Assembly (NCBI GenBank): GCA_048013815.1
Contig: CM106585.1
Coordinates: forward strand, 19,096,001 to 19,160,000
From: Setoptus koraiensis
Taxonomy: Eukaryota > Animalia > Arthropoda
Length of the DNA stretch: 64,000 nt
Direction of reading: 5' to 3'
Part shown: positions 1-12,164 of the stretch, piece after piece
Numbering within the stretch: position 1 is the stretch's first letter
Layout: every line of letters begins with the position of its first letter
Made by a program: the position numbers and the translations under genes
Notes under the pieces: model-generated
Seen by the model: the letters and a program-made list of their open reading frames with translations, nothing else
Told to the model about the DNA's origin: nothing
Databases searched by the model: none

Positions 1-40
1 CGTTGGCAAGGCCGTGCCCTCGCACACCAGCAAACAGCAA

Positions 41-140
41 CGAACGGCAACGAACGGCAACGAACGGCAACGAACGGCAACGAACGGCAACGAACGGCAA
101 CGAACGGCAACGAACGGCAACGAACGGCAACGAACGGCAA
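41..140. repeat. Perfect decamer tandem repeat (CGAACGGCAA)x10
   Basis: Ten exact copies read directly. It explains the repetitive ORFs 3..200 and 14..448. Confidence 0.97.
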
Positions 141-1740
141 CGAACAGCGACCATCGACAACAAACAAGCGGCCAATTTGGCCAAATTCTGGCCAAATTAG
201 TCGAGTTTCGACAGCAAATCTGTGGCTGGCTGCGCGAACAAGGCCGACGAAACGCGGGCACGTGTTACACGCGCACGCATCCACCGGCTGACCGCGGCGA
301 GACATGCGACGCAGCGGTCAGTTGCGTCATGTCGTGTCGTCGTGCCAGTTGGGGCCAGTTGCGCCCACTAAAACATACTTATTCATATATATTTATATTT
401 ATTTATACAAAGCCGGCAGCGGTGAATATCTGTGCGGCGCACAGTTAATTTGACCACTGGCCAGAGTGGCGTTGAATTGTTTTTGGCGACCGTGTCCATA
501 TGTCACACTGTTGCTGGCTTTGCCGTTACTTATTATCGCTGTCACAGCGCTCGCCGGTGACAGTTATTATGTGACAGCGAGCGCTGTTTTTGTTGTGCCC
601 ACTCGGTGTGCCGTAGTGTCCACGCTGCTCACACAGACAAACAATCATTAGCGGCGTTATTATTGGCGCCGTTGTTGTTGTGGTTGTTGTCACTGTAGTT
701 GTTGTTGTTATTATTATTGATGATGATGACTGTTGCGGTCACTTCCATTATCCGCTGCATGTGAGCGCATGCGGTAGGTGAGGCGTCCGCTCGAGGTCCG
801 GCGCTCGCACTCGCCCGCATGCGGCCCGTCGTTGCGCCCGAGCGGCGCCCCGTTCGGCGAGACCCGTTAGTTGGCTCGCCACTAGATGTTGTTGGCGCAT
901 AGAAGACGCAATTGGCCAATTCAATAATTGCGACCGCTGGCCGCTCCCGTCCTCAGACGCGACCGCTCACTGGCCACTGGTCGCCCGTAACAACTGACCG
1001 CGACCAGCGACGTGACTTTGCTCGGCTTGCACCTTCCAAAATATAACTTTGACAATATAACTATTGTACAACTTTGTCGTATAATAAGCTAACAGCTGAT
1101 ACACAACAAACAGATGATACACAACTTGGCCACAAATGCACACAAACGAATGAGTGTCAATTGTTTGATTTGATTATGTTGCGTCACACTCGCAACAAAT
1201 CAATGGGCATCGGTGACAAAACAATGGCAAACATGACATATGCACTCAATATCCCGATCATGTGACAGCGCCGCATTGAGTTGATCGGTCCGGCCGGCCG
1301 GCACAATGCGACGCAACGGGACGCAAAGCGACACAACGCCACACAATGCAACGGAATGCGCCACAATGTAATTATGCGACGTTGCGCAACGCGAAGCTCG
1401 TCGGATCGATCATTGCGTGATCCGTATACGCATAAATATATCGACCGTGTATAATATACCGACACACCGGCCCGGCAGCAACAACGGACGGCCACTGAAA
1501 CGGATATCAATTAGAGCGGCCGTCGATTGAAATGTGGGCGCCGCAAGAGCGCCAATTGGCAGCGTCATCGGGCCGTCGTATGATCGCGTCATCGTTTCGC
1601 CCACGGTGACGTGTGCCCGACAGCGACAACGATACAAGTTACATAATGCAACCGTTGCGGTTGGCCGGCAGCAGCATTGTTGCGACGCCCGCTGCAACAA
1701 CAAATCGCTGCCGGCCCAATCATTAGGCAGCTCGCTTGGC

Positions 1741-1874
1741 GAATATCCGCGCCGCCCCACGCTGCAGATATCCGAGCCGCACCACGCTGCAAATATCCGA
1801 GCCGCACCACGCTGCAAATACCCGCGCGGCGCCCGGCTGCAAATACCCGCGCGGCGCCCGGCTGCAAATACCCG
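1741..1874. repeat. 25-bp minisatellite, about 5.3 copies in two subtypes
   Basis: Units are AAATATCCGAGCCGCACCACGCTGC and AAATACCCGCGCGGCGCCCGGCTGC. Confidence 0.9.
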
Positions 1875-2497
1875 CCACCGGCGCCCATTCGGCTCAACAA
1901 ACTGGCAACAAATTGGCCCGGCCGGCAATTTGTTGCCGGCGCTGTCAGTGATCGGTGACAGACGACACAGCTCGCAGGATTTGTCAGTATCTGACACTGG
2001 GTAATAGTTAACAGCAGCAGTTAAGCTGCAAAATGCTGATTAACCCGTGTGATTAAGCCAGTGTGACAAGTGATAACGGCCCACTAACGGCGCTCGGCGC
2101 ACGCTGCTAATTTGCATTTAAATGCGCACATTGTGTGTTATTGTTGCGCATTATTCCAATAGTGTGCGCGTGTGTGACAATTTGCATAATCTGCACAAGT
2201 TTAGATCGCTATCTAACAAGCGCATGTAATAGCCGGCTCGATAAGCGTTGAGTGACTCCCCCTTCATAATGGCGTCTCTATTACGTAAGCTCGCGATGCT
2301 CACATCAGATTGAGATTACGTATTATGTGCAATCGAGCTACATTGTATCATTTCAGCCTTTCGGCCGCGTTGCGTCATATCGGCTGCTGATTGGCCGACA
2401 TTGTGATCCACACAATTTGCGAGTGTGGGCATGCACGTGCTGGCGCAAACATTGCGCCAGTGGTACGTGCACGCTTTCACGTTGGCTCTCAATTTGG

Positions 2498-2749
2498 GAT
2501 TTTCGAGCGTTCGTTTGAGATTTCGAAGCGTTCGTTTGCGATTTCGGAGCGTTCGTTCGGGATTTCGGAGCGTTCGGTTGGGATTTCGGAGCGTTCGTTC
2601 GGGATTTCGGAGCGTTCGTTTGCGATTTCGGAGCGTTCGTTCGGGATTTCGGAGCGTTCGGTTGGGATTTCGGAGCGTTCGGTTGGGATTTCGAAGCGTT
2701 CGTTTGCGATTTCGGAGCGTTCGTTTGAGGTTTTATAGCGTTCGTGTGG
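2498..2749. repeat. 21-bp minisatellite (GATTTCGGAGCGTTCG(T/G)TTGG-like), 12 copies
   Basis: Twelve head-to-tail units with no spacers. The unit length is a multiple of 3, which creates spurious ORFs on both strands. Confidence 0.95.
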
Positions 2750-3452
2750 ATTCCGGAACGGCCGTCCAATTGCGAAATGTCCAAATGTGCGGGCGGGCGT
2801 GGAGCGCGCCAGTTAATCATTTGGATCATTAGCGTGCGGCACAGGGGCGACGGGCCGGCGGAAACGAGATTAGTTTTGGGCGGCAATCGCGCATCGCGAG
2901 TGGCAACTTGTGAGTCACTTGTGTGCGTTTTGTGTGTGTGCCAACAACAACGGTTTGCAACAACCATCCGTCTCGAAACTCGAGCCGCATCGCCGGCTGA
3001 CGGGTTTGTCTCGCGTCCGCTCGGCCACTTGTCAGTGCGCGCCCCCATCACTGTTGGGCCGCATGATGAATGGTGACCGGGTGAACAGGTAGCGATAGTT
3101 TGAGATTTGCGCGCCATTTATTGACACGTTCGCTCGCTATTTGTCATTTCGATTTGCCGTTGGCTAATACACTGTGACTCACAGTCTGTGAGGCACACTA
3201 TCAGACTATTAAACTATTATATATTATATAATATATATATTATCACGGCGCATATGCTGCGCATATGCCACCGAGTGTCGGCCGTTCGCGTTGCGTCACA
3301 CGGCCGCTGGCTGCCTATTTGCATGTTACATAATAGATGAGTTTTTAAGTACATTTGTCTGTTTCTTGAAGTGGCACGTCGAGCGATTCTTCAGCTTGTG
3401 ACTATCAGATCGGGCCACTCGCAAGCTGCGAGACTTGGTAGCGAAAAGCGCC

Positions 3453-3481
3453 CCAGTGTGAGCAAACATTGCTCACACTGG
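3453..3481. other. Perfect 13-bp inverted repeat with a 3-nt loop
   Basis: CCAGTGTGAGCAA-ACA-TTGCTCACACTGG. It extends imperfectly via AAGCG/CGCTT (3446-3490). Confidence 0.85.
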
Positions 3482-3838
3482 CTGTCGCTTATGCAAATGG
3501 CTGCCATCGGAGACAAAATGACAATGTATATCAATGTAAATCAATATATATCAATGTTACGGCGCGGCGCTGGCGTTGTTTTATGTGTGACACAACCAGC
3601 GACAAACAAACAAGAGATAAACAGCAAAAGTGAATCCGATTTGCAATAAATATCCATTGCGAGCTAGACGCTGTCGACTGTGCACTGGCGACTGCGACGC
3701 CGTCTCGACGCTGTCGACTCGATAGAGATCGATAGTGTCTAGACGGCGCCTATCGGGTCCATCTGGCGGCCGTTTCAGCGTGCGAGCGCCAAAGACGGTC
3801 CACACTCCATGATATATATCCACGGGTTCGGTCGTTGG

Positions 3839-3901
3839 GGCCAATTGGGCGCGCAGTTGATCGGGCCGCCGCTTGTTGGCCCGATCAACTGCGCGTTGGC
3901 C
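3839..3901. other. Pre-miRNA-sized hairpin (18-bp perfect stem, 10-nt loop)
   Basis: 3850-3867 CGCGCAGTTGATCGGGCC is the exact reverse complement of 3878-3895. The flanking GGCCAA/TTGGCC extends the pairing. Function is unproven. Confidence 0.6.
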
Positions 3902-6876
3902 GGCCCGAGAGCCCACGTGAATACGCGCCGCTCATTTGAATGCAGCCACTTTGAATGAAGAAACTCACAGGAGCGGCGTGTCCAGTTGCACGAGCGACAG
4001 CTTGTTATTAATGTATTTGCTAATACGTTTCACTGAATGGGGCCCGTCGCTGGCGGCTCGCTGTGAGTGAGCGTTGGTTGGTTGGGGGCCCGACAAGCGT
4101 TGGCCGGGCGACGGCAACGCTCGCCGGGCGACACAATCAATAGACAATTATAGCTTGTAATTCATCTAATGTGGCGCATCTCATGTGAGTTGCGCGTCAC
4201 TTTAATAGGCAAATAAACTCGCCTTGATTGGCTAATCACATATAGACGCTGGCCGGCAGTGTCGCATGGGCACTTGTTTGTTTGTTTGCGCGACACTGAG
4301 CTGTAAATGTGTATGATTACGTGCTCGGTTGTGTCCGTTTGCGGTGCCATTATGGGTCCGTGCGAGGCCCGAGTGGGGCCCGTGCGACGAATGTGCGACG
4401 AATGTGCCAGGCCTGTGTGTCGGGCTGGCCAAGATGTGGCCAACCAGCCGGACTGGCCTCACAGTGGCCGATCTTGGCTGGTTGCCGCTCGAGTGAGTAG
4501 CACACCATCAAGGGATAAGCCGCACGATGGTGTGTGTGTGTGTGTGTGTGTGTACGCCGGGCCCGGCCAGTTGCAGAACGTCGGCGGTTCGGGGGCCCCC
4601 GCGACAAACAATTGAGCTGCATCATCGTTTCTTTGGGCGGATAATTGTTGTTGTGTCACAACTGTCCGGTGCCCAGCGATACATTTGAATATAACTATAT
4701 ATGCGACTGGTTGGAATTGGCCATAAATAAGCACAAACACACACACACGCTCGGCTTTGTTGTCACTGCGAACGGGCCCCCGTTGCCGGCCGACACAAAG
4801 AGCACACTGGGCAAATAACTGGATATTCACGCATAAATTGGCATAAATAAACTCGCATCATCAAGTTCACAACGATGATCAACCGACTAATTGGTGTCAC
4901 TTGTTACCACAATATATTCATGTGTGGCGTATATTCATGTGTGGCGTTTATTCATGTCCTGCGTATATTCATGTGTGGATATTGAAATGGGCACTGGCCA
5001 GGAGAGCGTGATGGCGGCGACGCGACGACAAAAAATGGTGGCTTGCAAACGCATTAGATACCATTCATATATCACAAACACACATAGACAATAGTGACAT
5101 TGAATCTTAATGATGCTGCCGTTGCTGTCGGTGATAACGACCATTATTATTATTATTATTACAAAGCCATTATTAACACCATTATTTACATATAGGCACA
5201 ATAGAGTGCGCCCCGATAAAGAGCTCACTTGGTGGTGTGGCGCGATTATCACGAAAAGAATTCAGTTCCGGCCGAGAAGTGTCTTGGCGTCTTGATGTGT
5301 TCGGGCGCTCGTTAGGAGAGCGCTCTGGCATAATCACATTGGTAAGCTAACATTTGTAAGCTCCGACAGAGCACACAAACGTTAGCTTGGCAATGTGATT
5401 ATGTAATAACACACAGTTGATAATTGTGCATGATTATGATAGATTACACCTTGGCTCACATGGGCCATTGTTGTCGCTGCTGCTGCCGTTGCCGCTGCTG
5501 CCGTTGATGATGATTATGCACGGTAGCCAGAAACGATAGAGACGATCCGAACCGATATATAAACACAATACAAACACAATAATAACAATAATAATTGCGT
5601 TAAATTAAACATCCACGCAGCCACAATCACGATATTAATCATAAAAGCGGCTTGATTATGATTAATTGAATATCTTGTTTCTCGCTATTAGTGGCTTACT
5701 ACGCCATTACAACTAGTCAATTGAACGCTAATTCTTTGGCGAGCTACGCACGCCGATGCTGCCAAATGGTGCGCCATTAATGACTCTAATGATGGCGCGC
5801 TAAATAAAGCGACCACTCGAATAGAATTGAAACAACTCGTCGTGATTAACTGAGCGTCTCTCACTCTATTGCGTCGCATCTTACAACGCATCTTGTCGGA
5901 CGCAACATGGTGCAAAACGGCGCAAAACAGCGCAAAATACCGAGAGAATCTCTCGGAGAGGGGCGCTTCGATTGAGACAAATAAACACATCAATGGTATT
6001 GTTGCGTCACCCAGTTGTGTGTGCTGCCACAGTGTTATCACTGTACAACAGTGTCTAACAGTACAAAACTTTCCTCTATACACTGTATATATGTAATAAG
6101 ACTGGCGCGCTGAGAGCAGATGATAGTGCATGAGATGAGATTAGATTAAATGGTTTTGTAATGGTCGACTCATACACACAAACACACATACACAGATAAT
6201 AGGAACGCTTGTCGCTGAGAATAGAAAATCTCTGAAGAGAAATGTGTGTAAAATGATATGGAGAGAATACATTAGCGGCAACCCGAACCTCCTGACTGAC
6301 CTCACCGGCAGCCACTTGCCAGGTACTGACACAGGCAGCTCACAAACGGAAATAAAACGGGTTCAACAATGAGACCAGTTATCATTAATCAAGTTCACTG
6401 ATTAAGATCTTGCTCTATCACTTTTATATGGCATTGTCGCCGGCAAACAATTTCCAAATATAAATGTAACAATCTTGAGGGATCATGGCAGACATTTTTT
6501 CTTTCCTTCGTTTTTTTTTTGCCTTTTCAGCAATCATTTTCTCTATCAACTCAAAAGTGGCAGATAGAGAAAGGGAAACATTCGAGAGATTCTGACTGAC
6601 AGCCAACACATGATGGAGTAAATAAAAAATAGATAAACGATTCTAGAGCGATAAACTGGTCACTTTGCCGGGCAGAGTTTTTTTATCTCAGGCCCAGTTC
6701 ACCATTTTTGCGCAACAATGGTCGGTCCAGATGTCGGCTCTGGCAGCGACTTTCGTTTTATTTCTATGATTTAGCGGCCTATCACTATGATAGATGGACG
6801 CTTATCTCCGGCGCTCATCTGTCTAGCGACGCGCTCGCTCCATATCTGGCGCCACATTTCAGCACGTGTACCGTAC

Positions 6877-6964
6877 ATTTCGGATGCATTTCGGGCATAT
6901 TTCGGACGTATTTCGGATGCATTTCGGATGCATTTCGGATGTATTTCGGACGTATTTCGGACAT
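6877..6964. repeat. 11-bp minisatellite (ATTTCGGA(T/C)G(C/T)), 8 copies
   Basis: Read directly. It lies just downstream of the minus-strand donor at 6988. Confidence 0.93.
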
Positions 6965-6988
6965 GTTTCAGCCGTGTGTCAGACTTAC

Positions 6989-7223
6989 CTGGGCCGCTGG
7001 CGCTGCCGGCCGCTTGAACAAAAGCTCTCTGCAACGTGTACCCGATGGGGCTGTCGCCCTCAGTGTTTATTTGGTGCAGCGTCTTGTCGTGTGTCTTGTC
7101 GTGTGTTTGTTGATGGTGTGAGTGTCGATGCTCATTTGCATAGTGATTAGGATCTGTCGCTGTTAGTAGATGGACTTGATTAGATAACACAAACACTATT
7201 AGTAGGCTGATCAAGATAGGCAT
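6989..7223 (-). CDS. Candidate first coding exon of a secreted or membrane protein; later exons not identified
   Basis: ATG at 7223 gives MPILISLLIVFVLSNQVHLLTA (signal-like), then a His-rich segment. It ends at a consensus donor CAG|GTAAGT (intron starts 6988, phase 1). I recognise no homology. Confidence 0.35.
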
Positions 7224-7876
7224 GGTTATATGGCAACAGCGGCGTTGATAACTATAATTGTGATCGAGATTCATGGCGATTGTGTGGGGCATTATTTTGA
7301 ATTCTTCTCTGGCACAATTAGCTCGATGATGCATTGTTTGCGTTTGCTGCTCACACTAATAATTAGCACTAATTGATTGACGCGGATGGCGGATTTTTGA
7401 GTTGTTGCTCGCACTTGTTTTTATTGTTGCTGTTGTGCGTCTGACACGACTATGCTGATGATGAAATGACTGCGCTTGAAACGGTGAGTCGTTGCTGTTG
7501 TGGTTGTTGTTTTGCGACAACTGTGATAATAGTTATCGCTTTCGATCTGCATTATAACTTTGAGCCTTCGCCAACTTGCAAAATAAATCACTGTAACTGT
7601 ATAATCGCACTGTAACACTAAATTGAATTCACTAAATTGAATACATCGACTGCCGTTGTGCACTGGCCGACTTGCAAAATCATTATGATGTTGCGAAAGA
7701 TGCAAACTTGATCATCGTCAGCCTTCTTGTATCCTTGTGACGCCGTCGCATCCCAAGCGAAGGCTCTGTTTAACGGAGCAACTCGTACCTAACATCGTAC
7801 TGAACGAAACTCCGCCTCTTGATAACTTGATACAACTTCGAAACAACCCTGGCGCCATCTAGGGGCGATTCGCAGA

Positions 7877-8030
7877 GCCAGCCGTTGTCCCTTGTTCGTC
7901 ATCAGTTGTTTGCAAGGTGTCAAAAAGAATGCATCGATTGCAAATGATGATGTTGTATTTGCTCTCGAATTTATTTCTTTCGAGGCACAGTATAATGCAA
8001 CCTTCTGACGAACAAGGGACAACGGCTGGC
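7877..8030. repeat. Perfect 25-bp inverted repeat with a 104-bp spacer
   Basis: 7877-7901 GCCAGCCGTTGTCCCTTGTTCGTCA is the exact reverse complement of 8006-8030. No TSD is seen. Confidence 0.9.
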
Positions 8031-8594
8031 CCCAATCAAGAGACGTATGTGTGACAATGTGCGTCAACTGGGAGCTGGTCGTCAGATTTCGTTGCCCGCA
8101 AGCACGATTGAACTGTTGCCGATAATCATTTTGATCGCCAGAAAGGATCCTTTGCGGACGCAAAGATATCCGGCTGCTTGTTTGCGGATAATCGGGCGAC
8201 AATGCAAAGGGATTAAATCAGGGAGCATGAGTGATTTGTGCGATTGTTAGGACGAACAAGTGATGAACAGGGAAGATGATGCCACCGAGAGGATACAAGT
8301 CATTTTTATTTGGACCAGGACCTTACAACGACAAATCCGACACGTTTCGGCGATGTTGGCTACAATTTACTCGTGATTTTTAGTTTTTGTCACGAATTTC
8401 AAATTGATCACGAAATGATGAACATTTACTTTGAACATAATCAATTTTTTCGTGCTTTAATCGACATTCGAGATAGTATTGCTGAGTGATGATAAATGTC
8501 GAACGAAACGAACTGTTCGCCCGATCATTCGCTACGACAATACATGTAACTTCCGGCCTAAAACACGATACGTTGTTCAGTATCAATTGTAAAT

Positions 8595-9050
8595 TTAGCC
8601 TCGACGCAGTGCGGCCCCTTCTAATCCTTTCGCTAGAACTGCCTCCACCTTTTTGCCATCCACTTTCTTTGCGGCGGCCTTCGAAACATCAAGCACTTGG
8701 CTCATCATGTGTTCGGCGGCAACATGTTTAGCCACTTTATCCGCAGTGGTCAGTACTTTTTCTTTGCGATCCTTTTCGCCACCCTCTTTTTCCGCCTCTT
8801 CCTTAGCTTTTTCAGCCTCTTCTTTGGCTTTTTTGTCGTCTTTGGAATGCTTGTGATGGGGGTGCTTGTGATGCTCTGGCTCGTGATGTTCGGGCTCCTT
8901 CGGTGGCTCGGGCTCCTTCGGTGGCTCGGGCTTATTTTCTGGCGTCAAAGCCTTCCCCGGCTCTGTCGGGTTCTCTGATTGAGAGCTGACGAAAATTATC
9001 AGGCTCATCACAATCAGAACGACTGGCAACATATGATTTATTGTCTTCAT
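8595..9050 (-). CDS. Secreted peptide precursor, family A (ALRRG), 151 aa
   Basis: ATG start and hydrophobic signal ending VSS|Q. It has EPPKEP repeats, a His/Lys-rich segment and EEAEKAK repeats. The C-terminus ALRRG* is shared with 13075 and 17845. Confidence 0.85.
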   Translation of the reverse strand: MKTINHMLPVVLIVMSLIIFVSSQSENPTEPGKALTPENKPEPPKEPEPPKEPEHHEPEHHKHPHHKHSKDDKKAKEEAEKAKEEAEKEGGEKDRKEKVLTTADKVAKHVAAEHMMSQVLDVSKAAAKKVDGKKVEAVLAKGLEGAALRRG

Positions 9051-10344
9051 CGTAGGCTATTTAGTATATAAGTTGTTTCTTGCTGTGTGGTACCTACGAT
9101 CGATAATATCTGAATATAATGTCTGACAATTTCTACAGGTATGTTCTTTGTTTTATTCGATTCAGGAGTCGAGTGCGGTGAAATTTCAGCACCTATGGCT
9201 CCGCTATTTGCTCAGCTTGATGGATTTGACCTTCACCATTCCACTCTGGCGAGCCTCGCCAGACACAAGCTTCGAATGCAAAAAAAAAATACAGAACGAC
9301 GCCAACGACAGCAGTTGTTGTTGGTAGTGGCAACAAGAAATGGATGAAGCTCAACAAATCGAATGCAAAACGAGCGCATTGGCAGATCCCACCATCATAG
9401 ATATCTGGCTGTTTGTTTGCGTATGATCAGGTGACAACGTAACCTTATCAATTGAAGAAACATGATTGACATGTGCGATTCGTATGACGATTAATTGGTG
9501 AAGTAGAAAGATGCTGACATCAGAAGGATACAAGTTAGTTTTATTTCTATTTGTAGACTACAATTCATTCCCTATCTCAGCCCCGAGACCGGGTCACAGT
9601 GTCTCGATTTCATCCAAACATTTGTTGGCTCGGTTGGTTGTGTTTTTTTTTATTTGACATTGAAACTGTCACTCAGTGTCGTGTCTTTCAGTTCGCGATT
9701 GAGTTTCTCATGCAAACGATACGAGACAATTCCTGACGGCAATCCTCTAAATATTTGCGGAAAAGTTGCGATATATTTGCCAATTATGATTGAATCCGGC
9801 AGGACATTATAAATGCCCCTCGTCGACCATGTTCCATCCAGAAAACGATACGATTGGGGGACTCTACTCTCCGTCTGAGGGAAATCGTTTGGAGTAACGA
9901 TGAAGAGGGTCATGATCACCTTTGCTGCACCGCAACAACACCAGGCGCGGCCAGCACAAACTCCAAGTATCTCGTAACGATTCTATGATTTCGATGATCG
10001 AAATTCGATCTATTATTTTGTAATGGACAGTAGCCGTGGATGCAACCACTATTGCTGTACCTGTCGTGTGCACTGGTAAGACACTGGAGAGACAGAGGGC
10101 AAAGAGAGATCTGTAGCGAAGAAATGAGGCTCGCGTCTTAACTTCATCACCTAGGACAAAGAACTCCGTCCCGACCGAAAATTTATTTTTTATTAAGATT
10201 AACTAATCATACTGGTGAGCTTTGAACAACTACTCTCGACAATTAATATATTTTGATGAATTATTGCTAACTAACAAGTGTATCTCGCGACGACTTGACC
10301 CGCTGCTCAATAATAGCTCACAGGGAGGTGCTGTTGTCACCAGT

Positions 10345-10671
10345 TTAGTAGAGGCCTGCTAATCCTGGGCGGCCCAATCCGGGGTAAGGGTAACCCGGGT
10401 AGGCGCCGTATGGGTATCCGTATAGCTCCTCTGCTTCGAGTTCTGCCTCAGCTTCCTCTTCATCCTCTAAGGCGGCTTCGGCTGCGAGAGGGTCGATTTG
10501 TCGCTCGAATCTGTGGAGCTCTGTGGCTTTTAATTTATGACGGTCGATTTCCTTTTCTTCGTGCTCGATTCTTCTGTTGTGGATTTTTTGTTGCAATTCC
10601 TTCAATTCGTGATCAGCAGCAACCATAACGGCCAAAGCAGCGACAATTAAACATACTAATGCGATCTTCAT
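10345..10671 (-). CDS. Secreted peptide precursor, family B (RFER|Q, Glu/Ala spacer, Gly-Tyr-Pro tail), 108 aa
   Basis: Signal is MKIALVCLIVAALAVMVAA. RFERQ parallels RTKRQ in 14356 and 19753, and the end PGLAGLY* parallels PGTGVLY*. Confidence 0.88.
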   Translation of the reverse strand: MKIALVCLIVAALAVMVAADHELKELQQKIHNRRIEHEEKEIDRHKLKATELHRFERQIDPLAAEAALEDEEEAEAELEAEELYGYPYGAYPGYPYPGLGRPGLAGLY

Positions 10672-10717
10672 TTTGGTTGATTTTTGTTGTTGGATTTGTA
10701 TTCCTACTTTTTAGCAG

Positions 10718-10777
10718 CTGCTCAGAACAGAATACAACAAACGATTATAAGTTATTAATTAATTATTAATGGCTTAC
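10718..10777 (-). other. Putative 60-nt 5'UTR intron of the 10671 gene
   Basis: On the minus strand GTG|GTAAGC starts at 10777 and TTCTGAGCAG| ends at 10718. A TATA-like run lies at 10916-10905. Confidence 0.5.
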
Positions 10778-12164
10778 CACTGTGTTAGCTACGATATTTC
10801 TAAGGTTGCTTATGGCGTACTTACTCTAGATAGCTATTAGTAAGCTGTTTATTATTGCTTGATGATCGGTCGACGATTGAATGATGATAGTAGCTCAAAT
10901 TCGCATTATATATATACGAAAAATTGTTGTGGTGCACCTCAACAATTTTTCGAGCTACAAACATGCATCAGACATTGTTTGCACAGACTAATTTGTCGAC
11001 CTTTCTTAGCGATCGCTTGCGAATGTCACAAACAGTGTCCAATTGGTTATTTGGAGCACTGGATTGACATTAATGACATCAATGTCTGCTGAGGCGACAA
11101 CAAATGTCAGCTATTTGCGTCAATGAGATGCTGAGTCCACAATGGCAAGCCGCAATGATCATGATTACGCAAGGCCTAATAATTCATGGCAGTTACATGG
11201 ATTCAAACAAACTCGACAGAATGTTTGCATTTTCCATGATCGTTGTTACATTGTTGATAGATTATGAAAATAGCATCACTTGAAATAACTATTTGTTATT
11301 TTCACAAGGGTCGACACACAATTAGCGCGCTTCCCTCGATCTCCATAGACAGTGTCGATCTAACGATTTTGTTGAAACCAACTCCAGATGATGGATTTGG
11401 CCGGCGTTTGCGGTGTTGTTGAGAGTTTACGTTGAAAAATACATCCCAGCCTGAGAATTAGTGAGCCAGTTCTGGTCATCGTAAACCAGCAATGAAAAGA
11501 AGATGAGAATCGTGCCACCACAATGATTCTGGTTGCTGCATTGCGTGACTAGAGATTCTATAATATTTTTTTTTTTATTTTAGGTTTCATATTGATTATT
11601 CAATTAAAATGAACCCAACCAATTCAGGATGACAGAGAGTTTTTAATTTTTACAAATGTTTAGCGGGTCACTCGTTGATTGCACCCATCATTATGAAGAA
11701 ATCTCTGTATGAGGCTTTCAATAAAATAGAAATTCTGACATTGCGTCGCAATCATGAACCAAGCCTTCACACTACTTTTCAAGTAGACGAAATAACTGTT
11801 GCATTCTTATTGATACATTCGCTAGAAGCCGAACTACAAACAGTGATCGTATTGTATCTCAACGGTATTCATCATGTGATGCAGATGTGCAGATTCCGAC
11901 AGCTCATCTATACCATATCTGACAGCAATAGCTTTTTTATTTGTCGTTTGTCACAACTACGAACAGAAAAATAACACGAGCAAGCGCATATTTCATCTTG
12001 TAGACAGACCAACTGAGCCATCCAATAAATACAGATATAATTTGTTAAAACAAAACTAGAAAATTTTGATTTAATGCAACAAGTATAGCAGATAGAACAA
12101 AGAGGTGCTTGACCGGAAGCACTTCGAATTCTCTAATAATCAATCAAACACAGGTAGTGTTGAC

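Noticed and set aside
629-919. Poly-Asn ORF on the minus strand
   Set aside because: It is explained by an (AAC/AAT) microsatellite. There is no recognisable homology or supported splice site.
2498-2749. CRISPR-like regular array
   Set aside because: The units are head-to-tail with no unique spacers, there are no cas genes, and the context is eukaryotic.
2353-3117. Long ORFs on both strands (254, 135 and 115 aa) with heptad repeats
   Set aside because: They arise from the 21-bp minisatellite, whose unit length is divisible by 3. The same applies to the ORFs over the 10-, 25- and 11-bp arrays.
7789-8586. Two coding-looking minus-strand ORFs (137 and 68 aa), possibly a decayed secreted gene
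   Set aside because: They have no ATG or signal peptide and no convincing alignment to neighbouring families by eye.
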